In this document: positions 26,193 to 36,873 of the stretch, in pieces
How positions within the stretch are numbered: position 1 is the stretch's first letter
Layout of the letters: every line of letters begins with the position of its first letter
Virus record (IMG/VR): IMGVR_UViG_2596583600_000002
Location: 1-64,000 of that record
Source of the DNA: a virus
Taxonomy: Duplodnaviria > Caudoviricetes
DNA length: 64,000 bases
Reading direction: 5' to 3' (one strand)
Position numbers and translations under genes: made by a program
Notes under the pieces: generated by a model
Told to the model about the DNA's origin: nothing
Seen by the model: only the letters and a program-made list of their open reading frames with translations
Databases searched by the model: none

Positions 26193-27123
26193 TTGGGTGG
26201 CTGTCGTTCTCGCCAAGAAGGAAGTAACCTACGGCGTCGATAGTGCGCCGACGGTCGCAGCCAATGGCATCCTGACCCGCAATTATTCGGGCAAGCCGGT
26301 GGATATGGACCGGATCGAGCGCAATCTTGATCAGCGTGTCTTCGGTGCGCTGGCGAGCGTTCCCAGCAACGAGCGGCGCACGGTCAGCTATGAGGTGGAG
26401 ATCGCGGGGTCTGGCGATGCCGGGACCGCGCCCGCGTGGATGGAGTTGCTGGAAGCCTGCGGCATGGCTGCGCCGGTCGTCACCGCCGACGTGGATGCGG
26501 TGCAGGATTTTGCCGCACCCGGCACCGTCGGCTCGTCCATCAGCCAATATGATTTCATGAGCGATCAGCGCCGCAAGGCCGTGGGCGTGGTGGGCAATTT
26601 CACCATGGATTTCACGGCCGGGGCCTACCCCTTCTTCGGCTTCAATTGGATGGGCCTGGTCCCGGCCGCCACGCCGTTCGACAAGAGCGCGCCCGGTGCG
26701 GTCGATGTCAGCCGCTGGCAACAGGCGGTCGAGGTCAACATCGACAATAGCGAAATGCTGCTCGATGGGCATAGCTGCATCGTGCGATCATGGCGGGCGG
26801 ATGCGGGCGTCACGACCGCGATGCGCAATCTTGTCGGCAAGCGTTATGTGCGGCGCGGCAATCACAGCTTCACGTCGACCGCCGTGATCGAAGCGCCCGA
26901 CATCCAGACGAAGGACTTCATCCAGTCGCTTCGCACGGGATCGCTGCTGCCATGGTCGCTGGACCATGGCGTGACGGCTGGAAACATCATCGGGCTGGAG
27001 AGCGCCAAGGTCCAGATCACGGACATCACCGAAAGCAATGAGGACGACACCCTCATGTGGACGGTGGCGATGACGCACACGGTCGAGGGCGGATCGGCCG
27101 ACCTCACCATTACCGCGAAATAA
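26185..27123 (+). CDS. Major tail tube protein (siphovirus type)
   Basis: LAKKE.TYGVD..PT, EIAGSG.AGTAP.W..LL.ACG; no sheath gene present. Confidence 0.85.
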   Translation: MVDWVAVVLAKKEVTYGVDSAPTVAANGILTRNYSGKPVDMDRIERNLDQRVFGALASVPSNERRTVSYEVEIAGSGDAGTAPAWMELLEACGMAAPVVTADVDAVQDFAAPGTVGSSISQYDFMSDQRRKAVGVVGNFTMDFTAGAYPFFGFNWMGLVPAATPFDKSAPGAVDVSRWQQAVEVNIDNSEMLLDGHSCIVRSWRADAGVTTAMRNLVGKRYVRRGNHSFTSTAVIEAPDIQTKDFIQSLRTGSLLPWSLDHGVTAGNIIGLESAKVQITDITESNEDDTLMWTVAMTHTVEGGSADLTITAK

Positions 27124-27237
27124 CACCCGAGGGGGCTTTGACGCCCCGCTGGCGTCCGGGCTGGCGGGGAAGAGCCGGATAACGGGAAGGGCACTGCCGC
27201 GACAACGGTCCTTTCCACCCAGTTGAAGGATCATTTC

Positions 27238-27642
27238 ATGTTCAAGGTTATTTCCGAAACCCTCGTCTGGTGGCCGGTGCTTTTCCCCGGCGTGACGGAA
27301 GATGGCAAAGTCATCGAGAACAAGATCGAGATGCGCTTCGTCATCCTGGACGAGGACGCCATTGACGATTTCACCCGTGCCACCGCCATCATAGTGGGAG
27401 CGCCGGTAGATGAAGATGCGGGCGCCGCTGATGTAGACCGCACTCCCAGCATCCTCATGCAGCGCGCCCTGGAACCGATCGTGCGCGACTGGCGCTTGGT
27501 TGCGGCGGCCAATGGCGAACCGCTCGCATTCAATCCCGATAATTTCCGCGCGTTGCTGCGGGTTCCCAACGTCTTTCGCGAAATCCTTGGCGCATATGCC
27601 GCCTGCCGCGCCGGTCGCGCGGAGACCCGCAAGGGAAACTGA
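27238..27642 (+). CDS. Tail assembly chaperone (G)
   Basis: MFKV....WWPV; ends in slippery sequence GGGAAAC. Confidence 0.8.
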   Translation: MFKVISETLVWWPVLFPGVTEDGKVIENKIEMRFVILDEDAIDDFTRATAIIVGAPVDEDAGAADVDRTPSILMQRALEPIVRDWRLVAAANGEPLAFNPDNFRALLRVPNVFREILGAYAACRAGRAETRKGN

Positions 27643-27998
27643 AAGCCGCCGCGCGCGCCTGGGCCAGCGGGCGCGGCGGCGCTACCCGGAGGAACGACGA
27701 TCCCATGACCCGCTCCGCCATCATGCCGAAATGGATGCTGGATCGACTCGCGGGCACGGTCGAGCGACCGGGGGAAATCGAGCTTGCGCCGGACGAGGCG
27801 CTGTCGTTCAGTCTCTTTGCCGCGCTCGGCACCCAGTGGGAGCGCCATGCCATGACGGGTCTCCGCCTGGGCATCTCCTATCCCGCCATCCCGGTCACCG
27901 CGCAGATGCTCGACATCGCGATGACGCCCGTCGTCTTTCAGGACATCCGCATCATGGAACGCGCCGCGCTGGATGAATTTGCGAGGGCGGCCCGGTGA
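27633..27998 (+). CDS. -1 frameshift extension (GT, DUF1799-like)
   Basis: G GGA AAC at 27633-27639; -1 frame open to 27998; TQW...G.SY.A...IRIME.AAL. Confidence 0.8.
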   Translation, partial: GKLKAAARAWASGRGGATRRNDDPMTRSAIMPKWMLDRLAGTVERPGEIELAPDEALSFSLFAALGTQWERHAMTGLRLGISYPAIPVTAQMLDIAMTPVVFQDIRIMERAALDEFARAAR

Positions 27999-30900
27999 GC
28001 GACATTGTCGTTGGCGTCCGGCTTACCGCCGACGGGTCCGGCCTGGTCGGGCAAATCAAGGTCTCGAAGACGGCGCTGCAGGAGCTGCGCGGCGCGGAGA
28101 AGGGCGCGGCCGAGGGCGCGCGCGATCTGGCGCAGGCGTCGGAACAGGCTGCCAAGGCGCAGATGCAATCTGCCCAGGCGGCGCGGCAGGCGTCGGGCGC
28201 GTCCGCCGCACTGACGAAGAATGTAGGCCTGCAGCGCGCAGGCTGGCAGCAGGTCGGGTTTCAGCTTCAGGACGTCTCCATTCAATATTCGATGGGGACG
28301 CGGCTCAGCCAGATTTTCGCGATGCAGTCGGGCCAGTTGGCATCGGCCATCGCCATGATCGCGCAGAGCGCCGAGGGAGGCAAAGGCAAGCTGGCGGGAT
28401 TTGCCAGTTTTCTCGCTGGGCCATGGGGCATCGCGATCGGCGTGGCTGTGTCCGTGGGCACGGCGTTGGCGTCGACTTTGATGGATACGGCGAAGGCGTC
28501 GGACCTAGCCAAGGCTGGGGCCAGTGGTCTCGCCGATGCCCAATCGGTGCTTGGCGAGATTTTCGACCTGACATCGGGAAAGATCAAATCTCAGAATGAT
28601 CTTCTGGTCGCCAACGCCCGATTGATGGCCATCAATCTGCGATCCGAAGCTCTGGCTCAGCGAACGTCTTCACGCGATACGTTCGCCAGTTCGGACGAAA
28701 TGTCGTGGAGCCAGCGCGCGCGCGGCTATGCCAGCATATTGTTGCCGGGGAGCCTCGGCCGTGCAGTAGCGGGCGATTATTACGGAGCGCGAGACAACCA
28801 GTCTGTGTTGGGCGGGCTGGATGCCGAGCGCGCTAATATCTCGGCCATTAAGGACGATCGGCAACGTGAAGTCGCGATTTCCCGCTTTATGGACCGGATC
28901 GAAGGCACGGATTTCTCCGGGCTAAAGGTCGATCGCGATGCCTATTTGAAGGCGTTTATCGACGACCTTTCGGCAACCTCAAAGGAGGTCATGGCTGCGA
29001 AGATCGACGAGTCGCTCAATACCGGCCGGCTCGCCGATGAATTGAAACGGTCCGACAACAGCAAGCCCAAGAAAGACAACAGCGCGGCAAAGGCGGCCCG
29101 TGAGGCCGAACGCCTCGCACAGTTCAGCGAGCGCGCGGCCGAGGCGGTGGCGCGTCTCGATGACAGCTACAATACCGCGCCCCGCGATATCGACCGCGCC
29201 CGCCAGTCCACCGCGCAGCTCGACGCGATTATCCGCGACGTCAACAAGCGGCTGGAAAATGGCAAGAACCTCACGGCGGCTCAGCGCAACGAGCTGAACC
29301 GTATCAAGGATGACGCCGAACGGCTGAAGCCGGTCATCCAGCAGAGCCTTGTCCGTCCTATCCTCGACATGCTGGACGGTCAGGGCCGCCAGATCGAACT
29401 GGGGCGATTGCAGTTGGCGGGCCGTCAGGCAGATGCCGAGGCGCTTCAGCTCACATGGTCGATGATGGACAAGCTGGGCGTCGAGAGCGAGGAGCAGCTT
29501 GCCATCGAACTGGCGAAGCGCGGCGTCACGCAGGATCAGGTCCGCGCGCTTTACGGCAATCTGGAAGCCCTCCGCCAGCAGACGCGCGAAATGCGCGTCC
29601 AGCAGCAAATCCAGCAGACGTGGCTGTCGTCCGTTCAGGATATGCGGGAAAATGTCCGCCTCACCATGGAGGATTTGCGGAAGGAAGGGCCGAAGGCGGT
29701 CGGCGATTTCTTCAAGCGCAGCATGGATGTGGTGGACCGGCTGTTCTCGGAACTGGTGACCGAAAAGCTGTTCGGCGATTTCTTCCGCGATCTGGAGGAT
29801 CAGATCACCGGCAAGGACAAGGTCAGCAAGGCGGGGGACAGGCTGGCGGTTGAGGTCGGCAGGGCGGCGGCCGAGATGAAAACCGCGTCGTCGCATATTG
29901 CTGACCTCGGAAAGGCAGCGGCGTCTGCGGCCGGTAATCTGGCCGGTTCTGGCGGCGGGGGTGGCGTCGCGGGCGTGGCCCTTGGAACGGTCGACGCGGA
30001 TATCACTGTCACCGCCAACCCGCTGAGGGTGCTGAAGAGCGGGTTCAAGGAAGGCTTCGAAGAGGTTTTCGACGATCTTAAGTCCGGCCTGGACAAGACG
30101 TTCAGCAACATCTTCGGCGACAAGGGCATCTTCAGCGAGTCGCTCGGCAAGACACTTGGGCAGGCGTTCGGCCATGGTGCGCTGGGCGGTGCCGCCGGGA
30201 GCCTCGTCACCGGGATGTTCGGCATTCAGGGCAGCAGCACGGGCGGGATGCTGGGCGGCGCGCTGGGCGGCGCGCTCGGCAAGGAACTGCTGGGCGGCCT
30301 TGGCAGCTTCGCCGGGCCATTGGGGTCCATCATCGGCGGAACGCTGGGTTCGGTCGTCGGCGGCCTGCTCAAGAAAACCAAATATGGCACGGCGGTCGTT
30401 ACGGGCGGCGGCGAGGACGATGTTTCCGTCGCGGGAAACAGCAGCAGCCGCAAGCAGGCGTCGATCGGCCTTGCCAGTTCGATCCAGGATACGCTCAGCC
30501 AGATCGCGGAGGAGTTCGACGCGTCGGTGGGATCGTTCAACACGTCGATCGGTGTGTACAAGAAGAAGTACCGCGTCTCCACCACCGGCTATCAGGGCAA
30601 GCTCAATTTCAGCGGAGCGTCGGCGAACGGCCTCTATAATTTCGACGACGACGAAGCCGGGGCCATCGCCTTCGGCACGCTGGATGCCATCCGCGACGGC
30701 GGCATCAAGGGCATGTCGGACGCGATCCGCAAGGCGTTCAACAGCAGTGACGATCTGGACAAGGCATTGCAGGAAGCGATGAAGGTCCGCGAGGTCGAAA
30801 CGATCCTGGGCGGCCTTGGCACGGCGCTGGAAAGCCAGTTCAAGGACTTTGAGCGCCAGGCGAGGGAACGCGTCCGGATCGCCCGCGAATATGGCTTCGA

Positions 30901-31429
30901 CGTGGTCGCGATCGAGAAGAAGAACGCGGAGGATCGCGCCAGGCTGGTCGACCAGATTTTGGCCGACCGCATCGGATCGCTGCAATCGCTGCTCGACAAC
31001 ATGAAATATGGCGACCTGTTCGAAGGCTCGCTCGCCGATCAGCGGCAGGCGCTGCTGGCGCAGGTCGCGCAGGCGAGGACGGCGGCCGAGGCTGGCGATG
31101 AAGGCGCTGCCGACCGGCTTGCCAACCTGTCGCGCCAGTTGGTCGAACTGTCGCGCGATGCGTTCGGCACGGCCGGGGCGGAATATGCGTCCGATCGCGA
31201 CAGTGTAATCGGCACGGCCGAGGCGGTCATCAAGGCGGAGAATGAGCGGATCAAGGCCGCGCAGGATGCCGCGACCAAGCAGACCGAAGCGACCCAGGCG
31301 GTGGCGGACAACACGGCGGCGGCGAACGACAAGCTGGACGCCATGGTCCGCGCGCTCAAGGATTTGGGCGTCAACTGGGGCAGCGGCAGTATCGGGGCCA
31401 ACCTCAACACCTCGCTGGTGGCGCGATGA
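27995..31429 (+). CDS. Tape measure protein
   Basis: 1144 aa helical Ala-rich protein; QVGFQLQD..Q motif; follows the chaperones. Confidence 0.92.
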   Translation: MSDIVVGVRLTADGSGLVGQIKVSKTALQELRGAEKGAAEGARDLAQASEQAAKAQMQSAQAARQASGASAALTKNVGLQRAGWQQVGFQLQDVSIQYSMGTRLSQIFAMQSGQLASAIAMIAQSAEGGKGKLAGFASFLAGPWGIAIGVAVSVGTALASTLMDTAKASDLAKAGASGLADAQSVLGEIFDLTSGKIKSQNDLLVANARLMAINLRSEALAQRTSSRDTFASSDEMSWSQRARGYASILLPGSLGRAVAGDYYGARDNQSVLGGLDAERANISAIKDDRQREVAISRFMDRIEGTDFSGLKVDRDAYLKAFIDDLSATSKEVMAAKIDESLNTGRLADELKRSDNSKPKKDNSAAKAAREAERLAQFSERAAEAVARLDDSYNTAPRDIDRARQSTAQLDAIIRDVNKRLENGKNLTAAQRNELNRIKDDAERLKPVIQQSLVRPILDMLDGQGRQIELGRLQLAGRQADAEALQLTWSMMDKLGVESEEQLAIELAKRGVTQDQVRALYGNLEALRQQTREMRVQQQIQQTWLSSVQDMRENVRLTMEDLRKEGPKAVGDFFKRSMDVVDRLFSELVTEKLFGDFFRDLEDQITGKDKVSKAGDRLAVEVGRAAAEMKTASSHIADLGKAAASAAGNLAGSGGGGGVAGVALGTVDADITVTANPLRVLKSGFKEGFEEVFDDLKSGLDKTFSNIFGDKGIFSESLGKTLGQAFGHGALGGAAGSLVTGMFGIQGSSTGGMLGGALGGALGKELLGGLGSFAGPLGSIIGGTLGSVVGGLLKKTKYGTAVVTGGGEDDVSVAGNSSSRKQASIGLASSIQDTLSQIAEEFDASVGSFNTSIGVYKKKYRVSTTGYQGKLNFSGASANGLYNFDDDEAGAIAFGTLDAIRDGGIKGMSDAIRKAFNSSDDLDKALQEAMKVREVETILGGLGTALESQFKDFERQARERVRIAREYGFDVVAIEKKNAEDRARLVDQILADRIGSLQSLLDNMKYGDLFEGSLADQRQALLAQVAQARTAAEAGDEGAADRLANLSRQLVELSRDAFGTAGAEYASDRDSVIGTAEAVIKAENERIKAAQDAATKQTEATQAVADNTAAANDKLDAMVRALKDLGVNWGSGSIGANLNTSLVAR

Positions 31430-34400
31430 GCGTCGTCGTCCGCATCCGTGCATGGCCGCGCGTAGCGGCGACCGGCGCGCCCGTCGCCCTGTTCCTTGCG
31501 GGCGGCGGGAATGATGCGCCCTATCATGACGGGGCGAACCACTATCAGGCCGGTGTCGTCGCCGATCCGCGCTTTGAGGCGTCCCTGTCCTTCACCGATG
31601 AAAGCTGGGCGGCCCGCGCGATCCCGCAGGCCAGCGCCATCGGCTGGATGCCCGACAATCCCGCGCGACTCGACGGCATGGCCGCCTATTACTGGCGCGA
31701 CGCCGCGATCGAGATCGACCGGATCAAGGATGGCGTCGTCACCCGCCGCCTGACCGGCACGATCGCGGAGGCGACCGTGGCTGAGGGCCGTCTGGTCATC
31801 ACCTGCGCGGACCTGTCGCAGCGCCTGGACAAGGCCATCGCCACCGCCACCTTCGCCGGGACGGGCGGCATCGAGGGCGGCGATTTCGCCATCGGCCGGG
31901 TCAAGCGGCGCAACTTTGGCCTGGTCTGGAACATCGAAGGGCGGCTGCTCGACAAGGCCAACAATATCTATGAGTTCGGCGATCCGGCCTTTGCCCTTCA
32001 GGGCTGCACCGCGCTGCGGGACAAGGGGCGCGCCGGAACGCTGGCCATCCTCGGCTGGCAGGGCAGCATGGCCGCGACCTTCGCTGCCTTGCAGGCGTCC
32101 GTGCCGGTGCGGGGCGGCGGCGTGTTCGCACCTTCCATCGCCTGCGCCAAATGGTGGACCCAGCCATCCGGCCCGCTCACCGCCGACCTGAAGGGCGAAG
32201 CGGCAGGCTATTCGGAGAATGTGGTCGGGGTCGCCGCGCAGCTGCTCGATCGCGCGAACGGTCCTGCGATCGCCAATCAGGCGGCGGCGCAGGCATTCCG
32301 CACCGGCCCGGCCGGGCTGCACATCGGCGACGCCAATGAAAGCATGGCGGCCGCGCTGGACCGGCTGCTCCAGAAAGTGACGCTGATCTGGACGCTCCAG
32401 CCGACCGGCGAAGTCGTGATCCGCGAATGGACCTTCACCGGCCCGGTCGAAAGCCTGAACGCCATCTTCATCGGTCGTGAAAGGACGCTGCAACCCGTCC
32501 ACACGCGCAAGGTCGGCTATCGCAAGAATGAGCGCGAGCATGGCGACGGGGAGATTTCCATCGCGGTGCTGGCCGGGGACGTCGTCTATGAGGACGGGAC
32601 GACTAGCGAGGCAATGAAGCCCGCCGAGCCGGGTGCGACCAACAGCGCCGATCCTTCGTCGGCCTTTGGACCGGGCAAGACGGTCCAGGATGTCCTCACC
32701 GAAGTGAACGGCAAGATTGAGGGCATCCTCAATCCTCCCGACATGCCCGGCATCCCGACGCTGGGCAGCCGCATGAAGATGGGGCCGGATCAGACGCAGC
32801 TTGTCACCCTGCGGGCGTCCTGGACGGCGGCCATCAGCCCGGATGTTTCGGGCTATGTCGTGCGGGTGCAACAGGACGGTTTCGACTGGATCGAATATCT
32901 GGTCGGACCGGGCGAAAGCACATGGGAAGGCCCCGTCAGCGCCCATACACTCTACCGCGTCCAGATTGCTTCCTTCGACTGGCAGAACAACCGTTCCTCC
33001 TTCACGCTGCCGATCCAGTCGATCACGACGGCGCGCGATACGACCGCGCCGGGTCTGCCGACAGGCATCACGGCAGCGGCTTCCCTCACGTCCATCTTCG
33101 TCGAGGCGACCGCGCCTGCCGACGCCGATCTGGATGCTGTCGAGATCTGGGAGAATGCCACCAGCGACACGGGGACGCGGACGCTGCTGACCGTGGTCAA
33201 GGCGCGGCCGGGGCAGACCGTCGCCTATGCTCGCTCTGGTCTCGGTTCCAATGTCACGCGCTATTACTGGATGCGGGCGGTCGATACCTCCGGCAACTTG
33301 TCGGGCTTCACTGCCGTGGCCTCCGCCACCACGCCCCGCGCCGTCGCCAATGATATCGCCGATGGAATCATCAGCAACCAGAAGCTGTTCAATGGCCTTG
33401 CGGCGGTTGAAACCGTCGCGGCGCTTCCCTCGACCGGCAATTTCCGTGGCCGCACCATCATGCTCCAGACCGATGGCAAGCTCTATCGCTGGAACTCGAC
33501 GGCGACGACGGGCACGGCAAACTGGTCGGCTGCGGTGGCGACAGGCGACCTGACCGGCCAGATCATCTCGACCCAGATCACGGATAACGCGATCACGACG
33601 CCCAAGATCGCGACCGGGGCCGTCACGGCCAATGAAATCGCAGGCGGGACGATCACGGGCAACAAGATCGTGGCGGGCACTATCAGCGGTTCCCTCATCG
33701 CCGCCAACGCCATCACGGCATCGAAAATGCTCATCGGCGACACCTCAAACATGGTGCCCGACCCATCGTGCAATGATCTCGACGCATGGACAGTGGACGG
33801 AAGCACCATATCCATCGTCGCGACCGGTTTTGCTGTTGCTGGCCAAAACCGTTTGTCCACTCCGGCGCAGACAGGTTTTGCCCATATCAAAACCGCAGCG
33901 ATGGATGTCGAACCGGGGGCGTCCTATTACGGGAAAACATGGTCCGGGCCGGAAACCGGCGTCTCCATCAATGTCTTCACGCGCGTCGAATGGTATGCAT
34001 TGAACGCCGCAGGGGTCGAGACATATCTCTCCGCCTCGAACATTTCCGCCTCGACCGCGACAACCGCTCTCCGCACGGTCGATGGCATTGTCACCGCGCC
34101 CGCCACCGCCCGACGGGCCAGACTGGTGGCGGGGCGGGACAGCGGAAATAACTCCAATTTCACAGCCGCGAACTTCATTTTCCGGAAGGCGTCTTCGGGC
34201 GAACTGATCGTGGATGGCGCGATCCTCGCTCAGCATCTTTCGGCCAGCAGCGTGACGGCCAACGCCATTTCGGCTGGCGCTGTGATCGCTGACAAGATCG
34301 CGGCAAACGCGGTCACGACGGCGAAGATCAACACGGGGGCGGTCACTGCCAACGAGATCGCCGCCAATGCCGTGACGACAGCGAAGATCAACACCGGAGC

Positions 34401-35556
34401 TGTCACGGCCAATGAAATCGCGTCGAACGCGGTCACCGCGCAGAAGGTCGCGGCCAACGCCATCACTGGCGACAAGATCGACGCGAACACCGTAACGGCC
34501 CGCAACATCATCGTCGCGGACCTGTCCAATCTGGTCATCAACAACTGGACTGGCGGCGATCTGGAAGGCTGGACGTGGGCCAGCACTCCCATTCTCGAAT
34601 ATAATACGTCGGCCGCCACGACGGCGGCGGGCATCGCCGGGTATGTGGTGCGGTTTGACCATTCGGCCGAGAATATCCGATCGACACAGGCGTCCTGTTC
34701 GGCCGGGGAAAAATTCTATTTCGAAATATATGTCTTCCGTTCGACTGCCCTGGGCGCTCCGAATAGCAACACGCTCCTCCAGGCGCGGTTCGAGGTCGAT
34801 GACGGCAGCGGTGGAACTACGGCATTCTATGTGACGCTCGCGTCGCTGTCGCCTACCCAGCAATGGATTAAGGCGGCGGGCGTTGCGGAGGCTCCCGCCA
34901 ATGCGAAAACTGTGTCGCTGTGGGTCAGGCCCTTGTCTCAAGCCTCTCCCGTTGGTCGCGTCTATCTCGGCCGCCCGGTCCTTCGCCGAGCCGCCAGCGC
35001 CGAGCTGATCGTCAATGGGGCCATCACTGCGGACAAGATGGCGGCCAACAGCATCACGGCTGCAAACGGCGCTATCCAAGATCTGACGGTCCAGACGCTC
35101 AAGATCGCCAATCAGGCGGTCAACACGGTCGTATCCACCTTTACGGCCGCGCAGATCGCCACGACGAAAGCAAACGATGGTTGGGTGACCGCGCAAACGG
35201 CGAGCGTCACCACGATTGGCGCTGCCATGAACATCACGATGTCGGCAGCCTTCAATTTCGTCGGAGACTTTTACGGCGCGAATGGCCTCAGCGACAAAGT
35301 AGAGTTTCGCGCTTTGCGTGACGGGAATGTCATTTGGGGGCCGGTGGCATTTACAGGCGCAGCCTTCTTCAATGGCCTGTTCACGACTGTACTGGGATCA
35401 GGGGTCTGCACGTTCACCGTTGGCGACGTGCCCAGCGTTGGTGCGCACACCTATCAACTCCAGTTTCGAACTGTGCAGGCGCCCGGAGAAAGCGGCACCC
35501 TGCGGCAGGCGTTTGCGACCAACCGCGGAATTTTCATCCAGGAGATCAAGAAGTGA
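31426..35556 (+). CDS. Tail tip/fibre protein with FN3-like domains, AVTxxKI repeats and two CBM-like modules
   Basis: YYWMRAVDTSGN.S FN3 signature; 10-aa repeats; duplicated ELIV(D/N)GAI module ends. Confidence 0.85.
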   Translation: MSVVVRIRAWPRVAATGAPVALFLAGGGNDAPYHDGANHYQAGVVADPRFEASLSFTDESWAARAIPQASAIGWMPDNPARLDGMAAYYWRDAAIEIDRIKDGVVTRRLTGTIAEATVAEGRLVITCADLSQRLDKAIATATFAGTGGIEGGDFAIGRVKRRNFGLVWNIEGRLLDKANNIYEFGDPAFALQGCTALRDKGRAGTLAILGWQGSMAATFAALQASVPVRGGGVFAPSIACAKWWTQPSGPLTADLKGEAAGYSENVVGVAAQLLDRANGPAIANQAAAQAFRTGPAGLHIGDANESMAAALDRLLQKVTLIWTLQPTGEVVIREWTFTGPVESLNAIFIGRERTLQPVHTRKVGYRKNEREHGDGEISIAVLAGDVVYEDGTTSEAMKPAEPGATNSADPSSAFGPGKTVQDVLTEVNGKIEGILNPPDMPGIPTLGSRMKMGPDQTQLVTLRASWTAAISPDVSGYVVRVQQDGFDWIEYLVGPGESTWEGPVSAHTLYRVQIASFDWQNNRSSFTLPIQSITTARDTTAPGLPTGITAAASLTSIFVEATAPADADLDAVEIWENATSDTGTRTLLTVVKARPGQTVAYARSGLGSNVTRYYWMRAVDTSGNLSGFTAVASATTPRAVANDIADGIISNQKLFNGLAAVETVAALPSTGNFRGRTIMLQTDGKLYRWNSTATTGTANWSAAVATGDLTGQIISTQITDNAITTPKIATGAVTANEIAGGTITGNKIVAGTISGSLIAANAITASKMLIGDTSNMVPDPSCNDLDAWTVDGSTISIVATGFAVAGQNRLSTPAQTGFAHIKTAAMDVEPGASYYGKTWSGPETGVSINVFTRVEWYALNAAGVETYLSASNISASTATTALRTVDGIVTAPATARRARLVAGRDSGNNSNFTAANFIFRKASSGELIVDGAILAQHLSASSVTANAISAGAVIADKIAANAVTTAKINTGAVTANEIAANAVTTAKINTGAVTANEIASNAVTAQKVAANAITGDKIDANTVTARNIIVADLSNLVINNWTGGDLEGWTWASTPILEYNTSAATTAAGIAGYVVRFDHSAENIRSTQASCSAGEKFYFEIYVFRSTALGAPNSNTLLQARFEVDDGSGGTTAFYVTLASLSPTQQWIKAAGVAEAPANAKTVSLWVRPLSQASPVGRVYLGRPVLRRAASAELIVNGAITADKMAANSITAANGAIQDLTVQTLKIANQAVNTVVSTFTAAQIATTKANDGWVTAQTASVTTIGAAMNITMSAAFNFVGDFYGANGLSDKVEFRALRDGNVIWGPVAFTGAAFFNGLFTTVLGSGVCTFTVGDVPSVGAHTYQLQFRTVQAPGESGTLRQAFATNRGIFIQEIKK

Positions 35557-35747
35557 AAAAGACGAGCGTTATGCCTTTCCTTAGCGTCGCCGCTCTCGCC
35601 ATGGCTGGATGCGCGACCACCGCGCCGCCTTATTCCAGGAACGAAGTGCCCGAAGGTTTGCGACACAAGAATGCCCTGCGATCGACCATCACGGTCGATC
35701 ACGGGGCGGGCGAATGGCTGGTTTTCTGTCCGCGCGGTGAGTGCTGA
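35553..35747 (+). CDS. Small lipoprotein (Cor/Llp-like position)
   Basis: GTGA overlap with the tail gene; MKK..hydrophobic..AMAGC lipobox. Confidence 0.65.
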   Translation: MKKTSVMPFLSVAALAMAGCATTAPPYSRNEVPEGLRHKNALRSTITVDHGAGEWLVFCPRGEC

Positions 35748-36238
35748 TGGATCATTACGCGATCTTTGACGACAGCGGAGCCGTCCTCAGGGAAGTTGTC
35801 TGTTATGCCGATCAGATCGGCATCCAACTCGCGTCCGGCGAAAGCGCTCTACCATTGGCTCGACACCTCGACCAGTCCCGGCAGTGGAAGGTGGTGGGCG
35901 GCAGGCTGGTCGAAAGACCAGCGGCAACCGGCGCAGGCGTTCCAGCGACAGACGCCGAACTGTGGATGGAAACCAGACTGCAGCTCAATCAGGCGCTGAT
36001 GGCTGGCTATCCATCCAGTTACGGCCCGATAGACCTCCGCCCCGGTGCGAAACAAGCCATGCTGACGGCCATTGCCCTTGGACGGGGACTCGACCTGATC
36101 CTGCTCGACAATAGAATTGTGTCCCTGAACGCGGATCAACTGGCGGCGCTCGGGGGAGAAGCATTCGCCTGGGAGCAAGCGCGCGTCATGGAAGCGCAGA
36201 ACCTCCGCCCATCCTCACTCTCGATTGAAAGGATTTGA
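35747..36238 (+). CDS. Tail fibre assembly-like protein
   Basis: YAIFD..G...R start; position after the fibre gene. Confidence 0.55.
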   Translation: MDHYAIFDDSGAVLREVVCYADQIGIQLASGESALPLARHLDQSRQWKVVGGRLVERPAATGAGVPATDAELWMETRLQLNQALMAGYPSSYGPIDLRPGAKQAMLTAIALGRGLDLILLDNRIVSLNADQLAALGGEAFAWEQARVMEAQNLRPSSLSIERI

Positions 36239-36239
36239 A

Positions 36240-36506
36240 ATGACCGAACCCACCATGGACCTGCCCGCCGCTTATGACATCGTGCAGACCGCTGAAAAGG
36301 CCGTCGCGGCCAGCGTGGTCGAGAAAATCGAAACTTTCCGTGCTGACATCGAAGCACTTGCTGCGTCGCTGCCTCCGCAGGCGGGCAACAGCCATGTCAT
36401 GCGGCAGATGGGAAACATCACCAGTTACCTGTTCAGCTTCGACAGCATCAGGGATGCGCTGAACGCCAACTATGGCCTGCTGGCCCAGCCTGAGGGTGAA
36501 GTCTGA
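36240..36506 (+). CDS. Hypothetical protein
   Basis: AAAGGA RBS. Confidence 0.6.
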   Translation: MTEPTMDLPAAYDIVQTAEKAVAASVVEKIETFRADIEALAASLPPQAGNSHVMRQMGNITSYLFSFDSIRDALNANYGLLAQPEGEV

Positions 36507-36510
36507 CCCC

Positions 36511-36873
36511 ATGAACGTCGATGCTGATTTCCGGGCATGGCTTCAGTCGCCCAACCTGATCGCGGTCGCCAGTTCGGCCGCGCTGGAAACGGCGTGGGGC
36601 GAACTGGCGGCGGTTGCGGAGAGCGTATCGGCGCTGGCGAACAAGGCCGACGCGGACGCCGAGGCTGCGCGGCAGATCAACCTGTTCGGCGCTCCGATGG
36701 TAGTGGAAGTGCTTCAGGTCGATGGCCTCAGGATCGATCTGTTCGCGCGGCCGGTAACGCTCACCGCTGCGCGCGCTGGCTATACGGCTGGCGCAACCGT
36801 CTTCGTCCTGGGGGCGAAGGAACTGGATCAGGTGGAGCGCACGAACCTGACCGTCTTGAGGAAACTGGCATGA
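36511..36873 (+). CDS. Hypothetical tail protein
   Basis: Coupled ORF in the tail module. Confidence 0.6.
   Translation: MNVDADFRAWLQSPNLIAVASSAALETAWGELAAVAESVSALANKADADAEAARQINLFGAPMVVEVLQVDGLRIDLFARPVTLTAARAGYTAGATVFVLGAKELDQVERTNLTVLRKLA

Noticed and set aside
28979-32946. 824-aa and 635-aa minus-strand ORFs
   Set aside because: Shadows of the tape measure and tail genes
34250-34500. Repeats in the tail gene as a DGR or CRISPR array
   Set aside because: In-frame peptide repeats with synonymous variation; no reverse transcriptase, spacers or cas genes
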